In this document: in pieces, positions 29,969 through 39,793 of the stretch
Layout of the letters: each line of letters starts with the position of its first letter
Numbering within the stretch: position 1 is the first letter of the stretch
From: Candidatus Latescibacterota bacterium
GTDB taxonomy: Bacteria > Latescibacterota > UBA2968 > GCA-2709665
NCBI GenBank assembly: GCA_965237675.1
Contig: OZ250150.1
Span: forward strand, 4,288,001-4,352,000
DNA length: 64,000 bases
Reading direction: 5' to 3'
The notes under the pieces: model-generated
Seen by the model: only the letters and a program-made list of their open reading frames with translations
What the model was told of the DNA's origin: nothing
Database searches by the model: none
Program-made: the position numbers and the translations under genes

Positions 29969-31168
29969 TCACCTTTTTGCGCCCGTTTCGAAGATGACTT
30001 TATCGGATTTTCCCCTGCCTTCCCCGTCTTTCGAACCCTTCCCCAGCGTATCCATGATGAGTAGCGAAATCGACTGGACGGTCTCATCGAGATCCGAATT
30101 CTCAAATGCCGGCACCCCGGCGCCATCGCCAACGTCCAGAATATGCTGCTGGATCTTCATGATCTGGTCCAGATATTTGATATACCGGTGCCGCGTTCGA
30201 CCGGCGGCACCTTTTCCACGACTTTCAAAACGATCCGTAAATTGCTGCAAATCAGTAAGATATAGATTCACATGGATAAAGAGCGCCTTTTTTGAATACG
30301 CTTCCAGTGCGAGCAGGTCGGGCATCAGGTGAACACCGTCCACGATCAGGCTTACATTTTCGTCAATCGCCCGTTCGATGGTCGCCCGCACGCCCACACA
30401 GACTCGTGCGGCCTGCTCGCGAAAGCCGTAGACCACGGGATCGGGCGCCTCGACGGTCGGTACGGGGATCGCCTCCCAGGCCGCATACGACGAGACCTGC
30501 AATGCGGGCATGAGGTCGGCCGCGATCATCAACCGCATAACCTGCCGGATCCCGTCGGTGGACGCCACCCGCGACACCCGCAACAGATTGGCGAGCGCCA
30601 CGCCTACCGTTGTCTTGCCGACGCCGGTCCCCCCGCCAATCAGGACAATCAGGGGTATTGTCTGCCCGCCTTTGCGAAACTGGTTCCAGATGCCGTACCG
30701 TTCGGCAAACACGTCGCCGGAATCTTTTCGCAGTATGTTCAACGTCGCTTTCAGAATGTCTTCACGGGTAACGACCGTGTTGTCGTTCCGGATGAAATCG
30801 CCCTCGATTCGCTCGGCGATCCGATAGGCCTGGCTTTCGTCAACTCCGGTGATCGCCAGGGAGTCGGAGAGATGGTCTTTTGAAAAAGGGCGGGTTCCCA
30901 GGTCGTCTTCGACCAGTATCTGCCTGGATCGTGGCGCCCAGAAAACACCGTCTCCCACGGGTCGGTCGGCGAACAGCTCACGCGCGTGGGTATGTACCAG
31001 ATCGATCATCTTGCCGGCGGGCACCTTTTTCTGCTTCTGAATGGAATTTCTGACCCGGTCTGCGACCTGGTATGCCTCCCGGAAGGAGAACCCCTGCTCC
31101 AGCAGATAGTGCGTAAGCATCCCTCTTAAGAACGGAATGCGCCTTCCGCTATCGACAATGATGGCCAC
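29969..31168 (-). CDS. 2-phosphoglycerate kinase-like protein with two ATP-cone domains
   Basis: PFLRGMLTHYL and PFSKDHLSDSL ATP-cones; IGGGTGVGKTT P-loop; STDGIRQVMR, SSY, VDGVHL. Confidence 0.82.
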   Translation of the reverse strand: MAIIVDSGRRIPFLRGMLTHYLLEQGFSFREAYQVADRVRNSIQKQKKVPAGKMIDLVHTHARELFADRPVGDGVFWAPRSRQILVEDDLGTRPFSKDHLSDSLAITGVDESQAYRIAERIEGDFIRNDNTVVTREDILKATLNILRKDSGDVFAERYGIWNQFRKGGQTIPLIVLIGGGTGVGKTTVGVALANLLRVSRVASTDGIRQVMRLMIAADLMPALQVSSYAAWEAIPVPTVEAPDPVVYGFREQAARVCVGVRATIERAIDENVSLIVDGVHLMPDLLALEAYSKKALFIHVNLYLTDLQQFTDRFESRGKGAAGRTRHRYIKYLDQIMKIQQHILDVGDGAGVPAFENSDLDETVQSISLLIMDTLGKGSKDGEGRGKSDKVIFETGAKR

Positions 31169-31360
31169 GGTAGCCCCCGGTTATGTGAGACGCCGCAGTT
31201 GAAACCCACGTGCTGACTCGAAAAAAACGAGGCCGAGGCAAGAGACTGCCCCGTTAGAATTAGACCGGTCGGTGAACGGAAGTCAACCGAAATTGCATGC
31301 GACCGACTTTTAACACCTATCTCCCTAACTTTGGTCCGCCGGGGCCTTTCGCCGAACAGA

Positions 31361-32500
31361 TTACCCCTTGACCGGGACGAGATTCAGCGGATACCCAGAA
31401 AGGGTTTCCACGCCCGTGGGTGTAATCAGAAACGTATTCTCCAGGCGGATTCCCGAACGCAGGTCGTTGCTATATGCCCCGGGCTCGCAGGAAAACACGT
31501 CTCCAACTTCAAAGACCGCGTCGCGGTCCCGATTGATATCCGGCGCCTCGTGCGGCCGCAGCCCAACACCGTGGCCGCCATGGTGGATCAACCCGGAATC
31601 CGCCAGGTGAGCGTGTTCCCGAATGCGTGCGTCGACCGTCTTCCACAGCGCCGTTGCACTTTCCCCCGGCCTGACCAGGCCTGGAATATCGGTCAATATT
31701 CCAGCAAGGTGCTCGTAGACTGACATCTGCAGATCCGTGGGTTCCCCACCGACCGCAAAGGTACGTGCCAGATCCGACCAGTATCCGCGATAGGTGGACT
31801 GGGCGTCGATAATGTAGAGTTCGCCCGCCTCGATTTCTCGATCCCTCGCGGTCCCGCCAATGACGCCCGCCTGGTAGTCACCCCCATGATAGACCACCTC
31901 GCCCGCGGCCTGCATCGCCGCCTGTTGCGCCTCGGCGAGCACATCCAGTTCCTTCACCCCCGGTTCAATCACTTCCTGGGCCCGCGTATATGCCGCCAGA
32001 TCGACCTCGATGCTTTTCCGCAACAATGCGACCTCGTCGGAGTTTTTCCGTTTGTGCAGACCCGCCAGCAAATCATCAACGGGCGCCCAGGTATCCGGCG
32101 ACAGCCTTCGGTCCACCGTCTCCGCCAGGAGCCTTTCAAGACCCTCCTGTTGCCATCCGATACGGGAAACCGGCTTTGCGCCGCTCAGCCTTGACGACAC
32201 CGCCTTGTCGAGAATACGGACGGGATCGGGATTCATCGTACTCATTTTGTGCCATTCGTAGGTGATCCGTTCATCCACCTGAGCGTCGCCCTCGTGTGTA
32301 TGGGCGGCCAACCAGCAACCGCCGTCTGTCTCGAGAAACAGAAAAGCGGGAAAATAAAAGGCCGGAAAACCGGACAGCAACAGACCCGTGAAATAATAGA
32401 TTTCGATATGATCGGTAAGCACGACAGCGTCAATTCCATCTGCGTTCAGTTTCCCGTGTAGCCTGTTCTGCCGGTCCCTGCAGCCTTCCGGTGTCAACAT
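31361..32500 (-). CDS. Xaa-Pro peptidase (M24) family protein
   Basis: IIDAQ..YRGYWSDLART, HHGGHGVGL..HEAP, CEPGAY, GIRLENTF. Confidence 0.9.
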   Translation of the reverse strand: MLTPEGCRDRQNRLHGKLNADGIDAVVLTDHIEIYYFTGLLLSGFPAFYFPAFLFLETDGGCWLAAHTHEGDAQVDERITYEWHKMSTMNPDPVRILDKAVSSRLSGAKPVSRIGWQQEGLERLLAETVDRRLSPDTWAPVDDLLAGLHKRKNSDEVALLRKSIEVDLAAYTRAQEVIEPGVKELDVLAEAQQAAMQAAGEVVYHGGDYQAGVIGGTARDREIEAGELYIIDAQSTYRGYWSDLARTFAVGGEPTDLQMSVYEHLAGILTDIPGLVRPGESATALWKTVDARIREHAHLADSGLIHHGGHGVGLRPHEAPDINRDRDAVFEVGDVFSCEPGAYSNDLRSGIRLENTFLITPTGVETLSGYPLNLVPVKG

Positions 32501-32518
32501 GAGAGGGACTCCTTTCCG

Positions 32519-32614
32519 TAGTGTTCTGTCCCAAAAATATCTCACCATTCTCCCGACGATTCATCCCGACTCGTCGGCCGAATTTAGGCAACCTATTTCC
32601 GGGACAGAACATTA
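32519..32614. mobile_element. MITE-like element, family A
   Basis: Terminal IR TGTTCTGTCCCAAAAATA / TATTTCCGGGACAGAACA with TA at both ends; second copy at 59394. Confidence 0.7.
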
Positions 32615-32671
32615 GCATCCCGTTGAAAAAGTCCATCCGGTCTGCGGAGCAACTTTATCAACGGACTGTTA
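32613..32671. mobile_element. MITE-like element, family B (IS5/IS1182-like ends)
   Basis: IR TAGCATCCCGTTGAAAAAGT / ACTTTATCAACGGACTGTTA (16/20 match). Confidence 0.55.
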
Positions 32672-32794
32672 GCCGGGCTGTTTTGCTGTTCGGAATTCGG
32701 TTTCTATCGTATGATAACAGAACCGGAGGCGGCCAGTCAAGCGAATTGGCAGCCTGAGATTCAAATTCGGGTACGATAAACTGAAAGGAACGTT

Positions 32795-33829
32795 ATGGCA
32801 TCTTTTCGTGCCGGCGTGGTAGGCGCAGGAAGTATTTCGGTTCGACACATCAAGGCATGGCAGGCCCATCCCGATGTCGATTTGGCCTGTATTGCAGACA
32901 TCAGCGAACAGGCCGCGAACAGCCGTGCGGATGAATTCGGCATCCGGAACCGACATACCGATTACGTGGAAATGTTCAACAAGGAAAATCTCGACATTCT
33001 CAGCATCTGCACGTGGATGAATACCCACGCGGAGATCGCCGTTTCCGCGGCGGAAACCGGCGTTGGCGGCATCCTGTGTGAAAAGCCGCTGGCCGGCAGC
33101 CTGGAGGAAGTGGATCTCATCCTGGACGCCGCAGAAAAAAACGGCACCCGGGTTGCGGTGGGCCATCACCAGCGGTTCCGCGGCGCATGCGAGAAAGGCC
33201 GGGAACTGGTGTTGGGAGGCGCGATCGGGCAGCCCGGACTCTTTCACGGAAACACGACGGGGGGCCTGCTGAACAACGGCAGCCACCTTGTCGACATCGC
33301 GCAATACATGATGGATGATCCCGCACCCGTCTGGGCGATCGGCCAGGTGGCACGACACACCGACCGCCACGAACGCCACGAACCTATCGAAGATCTTTGC
33401 ATGGGAGTCATCGCGCTGAACAACGGCGCACGCATCCTGATTGAAAGCGACGTGCCCGAGCCGGCTCCGCCCTATGGCGCGATGACACTGCACGGAACGG
33501 AGGGCACGCTCGTCGTCGGACCTCGGAAGGCGCAATTGCTCAATGGCCAGGGATGGCAGGACCTCGATGCGACCGATTCCAAAGACGTGGGCGTCGCACA
33601 GGCGGAGGAACTCGTGGACTGGATGGAAGGCCGCGTCAGCGAGCACCGTTGCGCCATCCGGAAGAACCGCACGGTTATTGAGATGCTCATGGCCATCTAT
33701 GAATCCGCCCGAATCCGCGACACCGTCACCTTTCCCCTCGCTTCCGGACCGTCACCGCTGAAACGGATGATCGAAAACAAAGACCTTCCGGTTACCGTAC
33801 CCGGGAAATATGACATCCGGATCAGGTAA
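32795..33829 (+). CDS. Gfo/Idh/MocA oxidoreductase
   Basis: GVVGAGSI, ILCEKPLA, GHHQRF, GGLLNNGSHLVD. Confidence 0.92.
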   Translation: MASFRAGVVGAGSISVRHIKAWQAHPDVDLACIADISEQAANSRADEFGIRNRHTDYVEMFNKENLDILSICTWMNTHAEIAVSAAETGVGGILCEKPLAGSLEEVDLILDAAEKNGTRVAVGHHQRFRGACEKGRELVLGGAIGQPGLFHGNTTGGLLNNGSHLVDIAQYMMDDPAPVWAIGQVARHTDRHERHEPIEDLCMGVIALNNGARILIESDVPEPAPPYGAMTLHGTEGTLVVGPRKAQLLNGQGWQDLDATDSKDVGVAQAEELVDWMEGRVSEHRCAIRKNRTVIEMLMAIYESARIRDTVTFPLASGPSPLKRMIENKDLPVTVPGKYDIRIR

Positions 33830-33860
33830 TCGATCGCGCCACCCAGCCCGGACTGTGATT

Positions 33861-33922
33861 CGTGTGATTGGTGTGATTAAAGGCTGATTAAAACCCGTGG
33901 AGAGACTGTGATTGATGTGACT
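33861..33922. repeat. Short intergenic TGTGATT tandem repeats
   Basis: GACTGTGATTCGTGTGATTGGTGTGATT ... GACTGTGATTGATGTGA. Confidence 0.55.
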
Positions 33923-34039
33923 TTGGGAATGGCCTTAGGTGAGTGAGGGCGACATGAGGACATGGGTTGTACATCTTGAATAAGCCCGATCGGTTTCGAG
34001 GATCGGATCAACCCAACCAAAAACAGCAGAGGCATCGCG

Positions 34040-35239
34040 ATGGCTTCGCAACGCTGTACCCCCACAGTCACCGTCGGTCATACCAAGGCCGATATAACCG
34101 GAAGTGACAACAGGGCCGTTCAGGCCGCCGTGGATTATATCGCGGGTCTTGGCGGCGGGACCGTGGAGATCTGCCTAGGGACCTATACGATGCGGGACTC
34201 GCTTCACCTGAGGAACCGTGTCACGGTGCGCGGGCAGGGTAAAGAATCCGTTCTCCTGAAAGCGGATGCCGTTGAAAGCCCGCTCACCCTTGACGGCGAC
34301 TATGGCGAGGAACAGATCACCGTTGCCTCCCCCTCCGGCTTCGCGACCGGATACGGCGTCAGCGTTACGGACAACAGTTCGGTCGGTTTTCACACCGTCG
34401 TCTGTACGTTGATCTGGGCCGACGGCAACACATTCGGCGCCAGTAAGCCCATGCTGGGCGATTATCTCGTCTCCCGAAACGCCCGTGCCGCAACCACGTT
34501 TCCGGTGATTAGCGGATATGGCGTCGAAGGCGCGGGGATCGAAGATCTGACGATTCAGGGCAACCGGAAAAACAACCCGTACCTCAACGGATGCAGGGGC
34601 GCCGGCATTTTCCTTTATCGTAGCCACGGAACACGAATGACCCGCTGCACGGTTGAAGACTTCAACGGCGACGGCATCAGCTTCCAGCAGAGCAACGATG
34701 TGTCGGTGGACGGCTGCGTCTGCAACGGGAATACCCACCTGGGCCTTCACCCCGGCAGCGGAAGCGGGTCGCCCACCATACGAAACTGCCAGGCAGCCGG
34801 GAACGGGCGGATCGGCCTCTTCCTCTGCTGGCGGGTCAGGAACGGGCGTTTTGAAAACAACGCCCTCATTGACAACGGAGAGACCGGTATCTCCATCGGC
34901 CACAAAGACACGGACAACACATTCACCAATAACCGCGCCATCGGAAACAGAAATGAGGGCGTGCTGTTCCGCGACGAATCCGATGCGATGGCTGGGCATC
35001 GGAATTATTTCGAGAAGAACGAAATACTGGACAACGGAACTGGAGCCGATGGCTGCGGCATCCGCATCCTGGGAGAAACCCGCGACCTGACCTTTGTCAA
35101 CAACCGCATCGGCAATTCGCCGAAAGGCAAGCAACGAATCGGCATCATCATTGGAGAAAAATCGGATCGTATCCAACTCAAAGAGAATGAGTTATCCGGA
35201 AACATTGATCGAGAAATCGAAGACCGCCGTAAGAGGTAA
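34040..35239 (+). CDS. Right-handed parallel beta-helix (pectin-lyase-like) protein
   Basis: AVQAAVD..GGGTV...GTY N-terminus; repeated N..GI strands; no signal peptide. Confidence 0.85.
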   Translation: MASQRCTPTVTVGHTKADITGSDNRAVQAAVDYIAGLGGGTVEICLGTYTMRDSLHLRNRVTVRGQGKESVLLKADAVESPLTLDGDYGEEQITVASPSGFATGYGVSVTDNSSVGFHTVVCTLIWADGNTFGASKPMLGDYLVSRNARAATTFPVISGYGVEGAGIEDLTIQGNRKNNPYLNGCRGAGIFLYRSHGTRMTRCTVEDFNGDGISFQQSNDVSVDGCVCNGNTHLGLHPGSGSGSPTIRNCQAAGNGRIGLFLCWRVRNGRFENNALIDNGETGISIGHKDTDNTFTNNRAIGNRNEGVLFRDESDAMAGHRNYFEKNEILDNGTGADGCGIRILGETRDLTFVNNRIGNSPKGKQRIGIIIGEKSDRIQLKENELSGNIDREIEDRRKR

Positions 35240-35241
35240 TG

Positions 35242-35706
35242 ATGGCCAGTGCAGATAAGACGTTGAGAGAGACCATCGAAGACGCCTACGACTACCACGA
35301 CGCGCTTGTCGAAGAAAGTGACAGGGGCGCAGCTGTGCTTGCCGCATCGAGATTTGAGGAATTCTTACGTGTGGCCATTAGCGAAAGGCTCATTGATCTA
35401 AACGAAAAGGACCAAAAGACAATATTCGGTCCGCGTGGGCTACTTTCGGAATTCTATAGAAGAACAAACATCGCCTACGCCTTGGGATACTATGACCGCG
35501 ATACTCTACGCGGACTAGATATCATTCGAAGGATTCGCGACAGATTTGCTCATTCAATTGAGCCGATGGGATTTGATCATCCCGATATAGCCAATCAATG
35601 TCGAAATCTTGTTACTCTTCGGAGTGTTGATGATTCGCGCGAACGGTATCTGACCTATCTGCGGGAGACGGAGGACGAAGTTCGGCGAAAAATGCTTAGT
35701 GGCTAG
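35242..35706 (+). CDS. MtlR-like / HEPN-type protein
   Basis: ESDRGAAVLAA, GLLSEF..R..IAYALG, IRRIRDRFAH (Rx4H-like). Confidence 0.65.
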   Translation: MASADKTLRETIEDAYDYHDALVEESDRGAAVLAASRFEEFLRVAISERLIDLNEKDQKTIFGPRGLLSEFYRRTNIAYALGYYDRDTLRGLDIIRRIRDRFAHSIEPMGFDHPDIANQCRNLVTLRSVDDSRERYLTYLRETEDEVRRKMLSG

Positions 35707-36007
35707 ATTTGTCGGACGAAAGAAGTTGCCATTTTAGCATCTCTATATGCCACAATAGCATATAGCTTCGCTGGCGTGTACGGAAATCGTGATGAGCAGA
35801 ATGTCAAACGAACGGAAGTGTTGCGACGCTGTGATCAGGGTCCTGGAAGAAAAAACGAGTGAGACTCGAAGAGGTGTCTGGTCTCCGGAGGTAACTCCAC
35901 TTTAACGACCTCGCCATGTCTTTTGGGATTTTTCTTCCGCTCCGCCGAACGAAAACAAGGAACCCAGAAACACGAAAATACGCGAAAACAACCTCGATTC
36001 TCTACAT

Positions 36008-36463
36008 TTATCGGGGATCAAATGTCGTGGCCGTTCCCCAATAAGTTACAGTAGTAAGCCCTAACGAAACACTCTCAAAGTACTGCAACCCTGGTCCATC
36101 AAATCGATGTGATTCAGAGAGAATGCGTTGGTCCAGAACCTTTATCCATCCTCCGCCACGATGGTCAGAGAATATGTGAAAAATACCGCTGTTATTATAA
36201 GCCAATTTTCGGTTTTCTCGACTTGCCCAACGAAAAGAGAGCCCGTCCCGGATAATCGTAGCCCGATTCTTCTCGCTCTCTTTGTGTGCAAGAAGCTCCC
36301 GACGAGTCCCTTGCCGATCTGAAACGACCCGCGTTTCCGGCACCGCATCCAATACCACGTGTGGGCGAGTCTGTGTACCTATCGTTTCCACGGACGCGAT
36401 TAACACAACGAAAAGCAGAACTAGATTACGCACAAGTCCTTTTTTCTCTCTTACACCATTCAT
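36008..36463 (-). CDS. Hypothetical exported protein
   Basis: Hydrophobic leader LVLLFVVLIAS; RWASRENR, YFESVSLGLTTVTYWG. Confidence 0.55.
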   Translation of the reverse strand: MNGVREKKGLVRNLVLLFVVLIASVETIGTQTRPHVVLDAVPETRVVSDRQGTRRELLAHKESEKNRATIIRDGLSFRWASRENRKLAYNNSGIFHIFSDHRGGGWIKVLDQRILSESHRFDGPGLQYFESVSLGLTTVTYWGTATTFDPR

Positions 36464-36551
36464 GCGGTCAACTCCTTGTATTTCAGCCGCTTGCCAATTA
36501 TATACAGCACAATCCACGCCGTGCGGATCGAGACGTCGAGTGAGCAGTCGG

Positions 36552-36641
36552 CGAATTATGTCTTCCGTGCGCGATCTGACGGATCAGTTTATCGATGAGT
36601 GGAACAAGGTGAATAGGCCGGACGGGAAGTGTGTGGAGTAA
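36552..36641 (+). pseudogene. C-terminal remnant paralogous to the split gene 44401-46649
   Basis: SVRDLTDQFIDEWNKVNRP..C aligns with MVDKYTDIFIKEWTKVNKP.C. Confidence 0.55.
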
Positions 36642-36645
36642 AACC

Positions 36646-36669
36646 GTCCGCTAAACCGGGGTAACTCCA
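36646..36669. mobile_element. Possible IS3-family terminal inverted repeat remnant
   Basis: Reverse complement TGGAGTTACCCCGGTTTAGCGGAC resembles IS3-family TG- ends. Confidence 0.35.
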
Positions 36670-36710
36670 GTGTTGAGGTTAGCTAATCGGTAGCAAAGAG
36701 GAGGGGCGAG

Positions 36711-37457
36711 ATGCGTTTACTTATCGTGATGTGGTATCTATTATTCGTCCCAACGTTAGTTTTCGGTGATCATCATTTCTCAGACCCGGTAATTGGACAC
36801 ATACCAATAACCCCCGTTACACAAGTTGAACTCTATACCATAGAGCATGGCGACTGTCAGGCTTCGAGTCGTGTGATGGCCCGTCTTGATATTGTTTTAC
36901 AAGAGAAAGGTATTGAATCTGTTCGTGTGGCTGTTCCTGCCGTACACGCTAAACTTACACAGCTTCTGGACAAAGAAGAACGTTCTGGTGAATGTGAAGG
37001 AGAATACGCCCTTAGCCTGGTGGGGTTTTTGGGTGAGATTGGAGACCCTGGATCCAAGTCGATTCTATTAAGGGCGATTCGAAAGTCAATTGGGACTGCG
37101 CACATTGGCTTGGCTAAAATGGACTCTGCTGTTGACAGTGTGATAACTTACCTACAACATGATCAATTACGTACACGTGGTACAGCGGGTCACACTTTGG
37201 TCAGAATGTACATGAGTAAACCGTCTTTGTTTAGTGAATCACAGATAAAGTTGATAAGACGCATGCTTATGGAGAATTTAGAACGATATGTGTATAAGGG
37301 CACATATTGTTTTGCCTTGGCTACGTTTGGCGATTCGACAGCCATCCCTATTTTGAGACAAATTGCCACTAAGGACACATTAACCGGGTTCGGTGGTCGA
37401 AAATATCTAAATCGACGTATGGCACAATACGCGATTGATAAAATTCGAGCACGATAA
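36711..37457 (+). CDS. Exported HEAT-repeat-like protein
   Basis: Signal peptide; LGEIGDP, ALATFGDSTAIPIL, RRMAQYAIDKI; low GC. Confidence 0.65.
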   Translation: MRLLIVMWYLLFVPTLVFGDHHFSDPVIGHIPITPVTQVELYTIEHGDCQASSRVMARLDIVLQEKGIESVRVAVPAVHAKLTQLLDKEERSGECEGEYALSLVGFLGEIGDPGSKSILLRAIRKSIGTAHIGLAKMDSAVDSVITYLQHDQLRTRGTAGHTLVRMYMSKPSLFSESQIKLIRRMLMENLERYVYKGTYCFALATFGDSTAIPILRQIATKDTLTGFGGRKYLNRRMAQYAIDKIRAR

Positions 37458-37932
37458 GTGTTCGCGCACTTGTGGATAGAGGTTATGAGAAAATCTCTAC
37501 TAATCTTAATAGTAATGTTGGGCAGTTGCGGGGCGGGTTATTTGTCTATTTGGCAGATAAGTCAAGTACGTTCACCGTTTGAGGGTTTTGCTGTATTAGA
37601 GCGGAAGGGTGAAATTGCACCCACTTATCGCAATTGGCACTTTGGACACAGTGACACGATAGATTGTTCTCTGTTACTTTTAACCACCGTTGTCGCGATT
37701 GAGTATCCCAAGACTCGTTTTCTAGCTGGCGAACGCCCTGAATCCTCTCAACAAGACGTGGCTTTTAGAATGAGTGGTAAACAGAAAGGTAGAGATCGAG
37801 TTTGTGTAGTTCCTGAGGTATTTACCGAAACCAAGAATGGCCGGAATATAATTCTGATCCCGGCGAATTTTTCTAAACGCATACTGAGAGATATACAATC
37901 AAACCGGTACCACACCCTTTCTGTTTACCTAA

Positions 37933-39628
37933 CCTGATCAATTCATGAATCGTCACGGATTGCAGTTTCAGGAAGCAGAACCAGCTACCGAGTGAATTGA
38001 GAAACGGAAGAAAAGCCGGCTGTGACGGATTTGGTGTTTTCGAGCCGCTTCAGTGGCACCTGCTGGTAACACGGTAGGGCGGTGGAGTCAGGTTGACCTT
38101 TATGCCCCGGTCAAAAGCACAGACGTGTGCCTGGGTTTTGGTGGTGTCGAGCAAGACGTGACAGCGGATGCAACCGGACGATGTTATGGAACGGACGATG
38201 CCAGATTGTAAAGGATTTTGCCATAGAGGTGTTTGAGTGGAAATGCCGTTGGCAGATGGAACGTGATTTTGGTTTTCATCTCACAAACGCGTCCGGCGAC
38301 CTTCAAGAGGCGATTTTGCAACGTATTAACCTGGGCGTTCGTCCACGTGGTGCCGCGCAATCCAATTTCAGCCAAGGTCTGCAACAACACATAGGCGGCG
38401 CTGTGGAGAAAGAGCCGGAAGTGATTGGCCTCGAACGTGTGACAAGAGGTGCGATCGGAATGGAGAAAGGTCTTGTGATTCTTGATGAAGCCTTCCATCC
38501 TGCCGCGTCCACAATAGACGGTTTTGTAGATGAATGAAGGGTTGGCGCGTTTCAGGTTGGTGGCCACGAAACGGATATTGTGTCCTTGCGGTGTCACTTC
38601 CGCCTTACAGATGATGCGTTGTGGCGAAGCCCAGGTGCTGGACTGATCGTCCCACGAGGTATAAAGGCGCACGGTTTTTCCAGAAGCGGCATACAGCGCT
38701 TTGGCCTGGTCCATCAAGGGCTGTGCCCTGACAAGCAGCTTGGCGTTGCCGCTTTGTCCAAGGGCAAAATACACATCCTGATCCTCACACAGCTCGTGAA
38801 CTTCCGGACACGAAAAATGTGAATCGCCACGCAACAGGATCGCCACATGGGGCCAAGCGCGACGCAGGTAGGCGATCACCCGTTTGAGAATCGAAACGAT
38901 CTGTTTGCCCGAAGGCCGCGCGCCAGGACGCAGAACCGTCGTGATCAACTTGCCGGTTTGTCCTTCATAGATATGCAACGGCTGGTAGCAATGACTCTTA
39001 AAATACGCATTGAATAACGACAACTGCCCAGACCCGTACACTTTGTCTTCCGTATCGTCGATATCCAGCAGGATGGCTTCGGGCGGTTGCTTATACGAGG
39101 CGATAAACCCATCGGCAAAGGCCTGGCCGATCCGATATAGGTCACGTCTGTTGATCCGGTTTTCCAACCGACTCATCGTGGGTTGACTGGCCAGCGCCGC
39201 ACCGGAGACCGGCAACCGATCACAGGCCGCCTTGAAGCCGGGGTCCGTGCGCAACGCATTGCAATCGTTCGCATCCTCATACCCACACGCCATCTGAAAC
39301 ACACGCTGACTGACCAGGTCCGCCAATGAGTGATCCACATAACTGGGATGCCGACTATCGGTTAAGGCCTCAGTGATCCGACATAAAATGCCGATCTTGG
39401 CCTCCACCTCCCGTATCAGCATCACCCCGCTGTCGCTGGTCAGGATACCCCCATCGAACGCGGCTTCTACCTGTTTGCCCAAAAGACTTGCGAAAGACAC
39501 CCTGTGATGTTTATCTTGAATCTCCACGGTAGTTTCCTCCCGGTTCATTGTGTTAAGGTTATTCGGCTAACCATAATATAATACAATGACTTGGGTATGG
39601 AAACTACCTTTTTTGTGAATTATTCAGA
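37933..39628 (-). mobile_element. IS1380-family insertion sequence, copy 1
   Basis: Ends CCTGATCAATTCATGAA / TTGTGAATTATTCAGA; flanks CTAA/CTAG. Confidence 0.92.
38184..39548 (-). CDS. IS1380 transposase (DDE_Tnp_1_4)
   Basis: FDGGILTSDSG, GYEDANDCN.LR.DP, LDIDDT, RGDSHF, Y..RG.ME.FIK. Confidence 0.95.
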   Translation of the reverse strand: MNREETTVEIQDKHHRVSFASLLGKQVEAAFDGGILTSDSGVMLIREVEAKIGILCRITEALTDSRHPSYVDHSLADLVSQRVFQMACGYEDANDCNALRTDPGFKAACDRLPVSGAALASQPTMSRLENRINRRDLYRIGQAFADGFIASYKQPPEAILLDIDDTEDKVYGSGQLSLFNAYFKSHCYQPLHIYEGQTGKLITTVLRPGARPSGKQIVSILKRVIAYLRRAWPHVAILLRGDSHFSCPEVHELCEDQDVYFALGQSGNAKLLVRAQPLMDQAKALYAASGKTVRLYTSWDDQSSTWASPQRIICKAEVTPQGHNIRFVATNLKRANPSFIYKTVYCGRGRMEGFIKNHKTFLHSDRTSCHTFEANHFRLFLHSAAYVLLQTLAEIGLRGTTWTNAQVNTLQNRLLKVAGRVCEMKTKITFHLPTAFPLKHLYGKILYNLASSVP

Positions 39629-39793
39629 CTAGGTTCTTTTCCGAGAGAAATGCCAAAAGATCCCAGGGCCTTTATAAAGAACCTTGTTGATTGGACATTC
39701 AAGTTTGATCTGGCGGGCGGTAGGTCGGCGGTTAGAAGGTTGCGCGACAGCACACGACACAATTGAATTAATCATAGGTGGAATGAAAATATA

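Larger units (their letters stand above)
37485..39766 (+). pseudogene. Exported hypothetical protein gene split by IS1380
   Basis: Stop at 37935 lies inside the IS end; removing the IS rejoins ..YL|GSFPREMPK..TFKFDLAGGRSAVRRLRD to TGA at 39764. Confidence 0.65.

Noticed and set aside
35874-35899. Second IS3-like end (GGTAACTCCA)
   Set aside because: The exact shared core with 36660-36669 is only 10 bp; the upstream bases fit a truncated ORF equally well.
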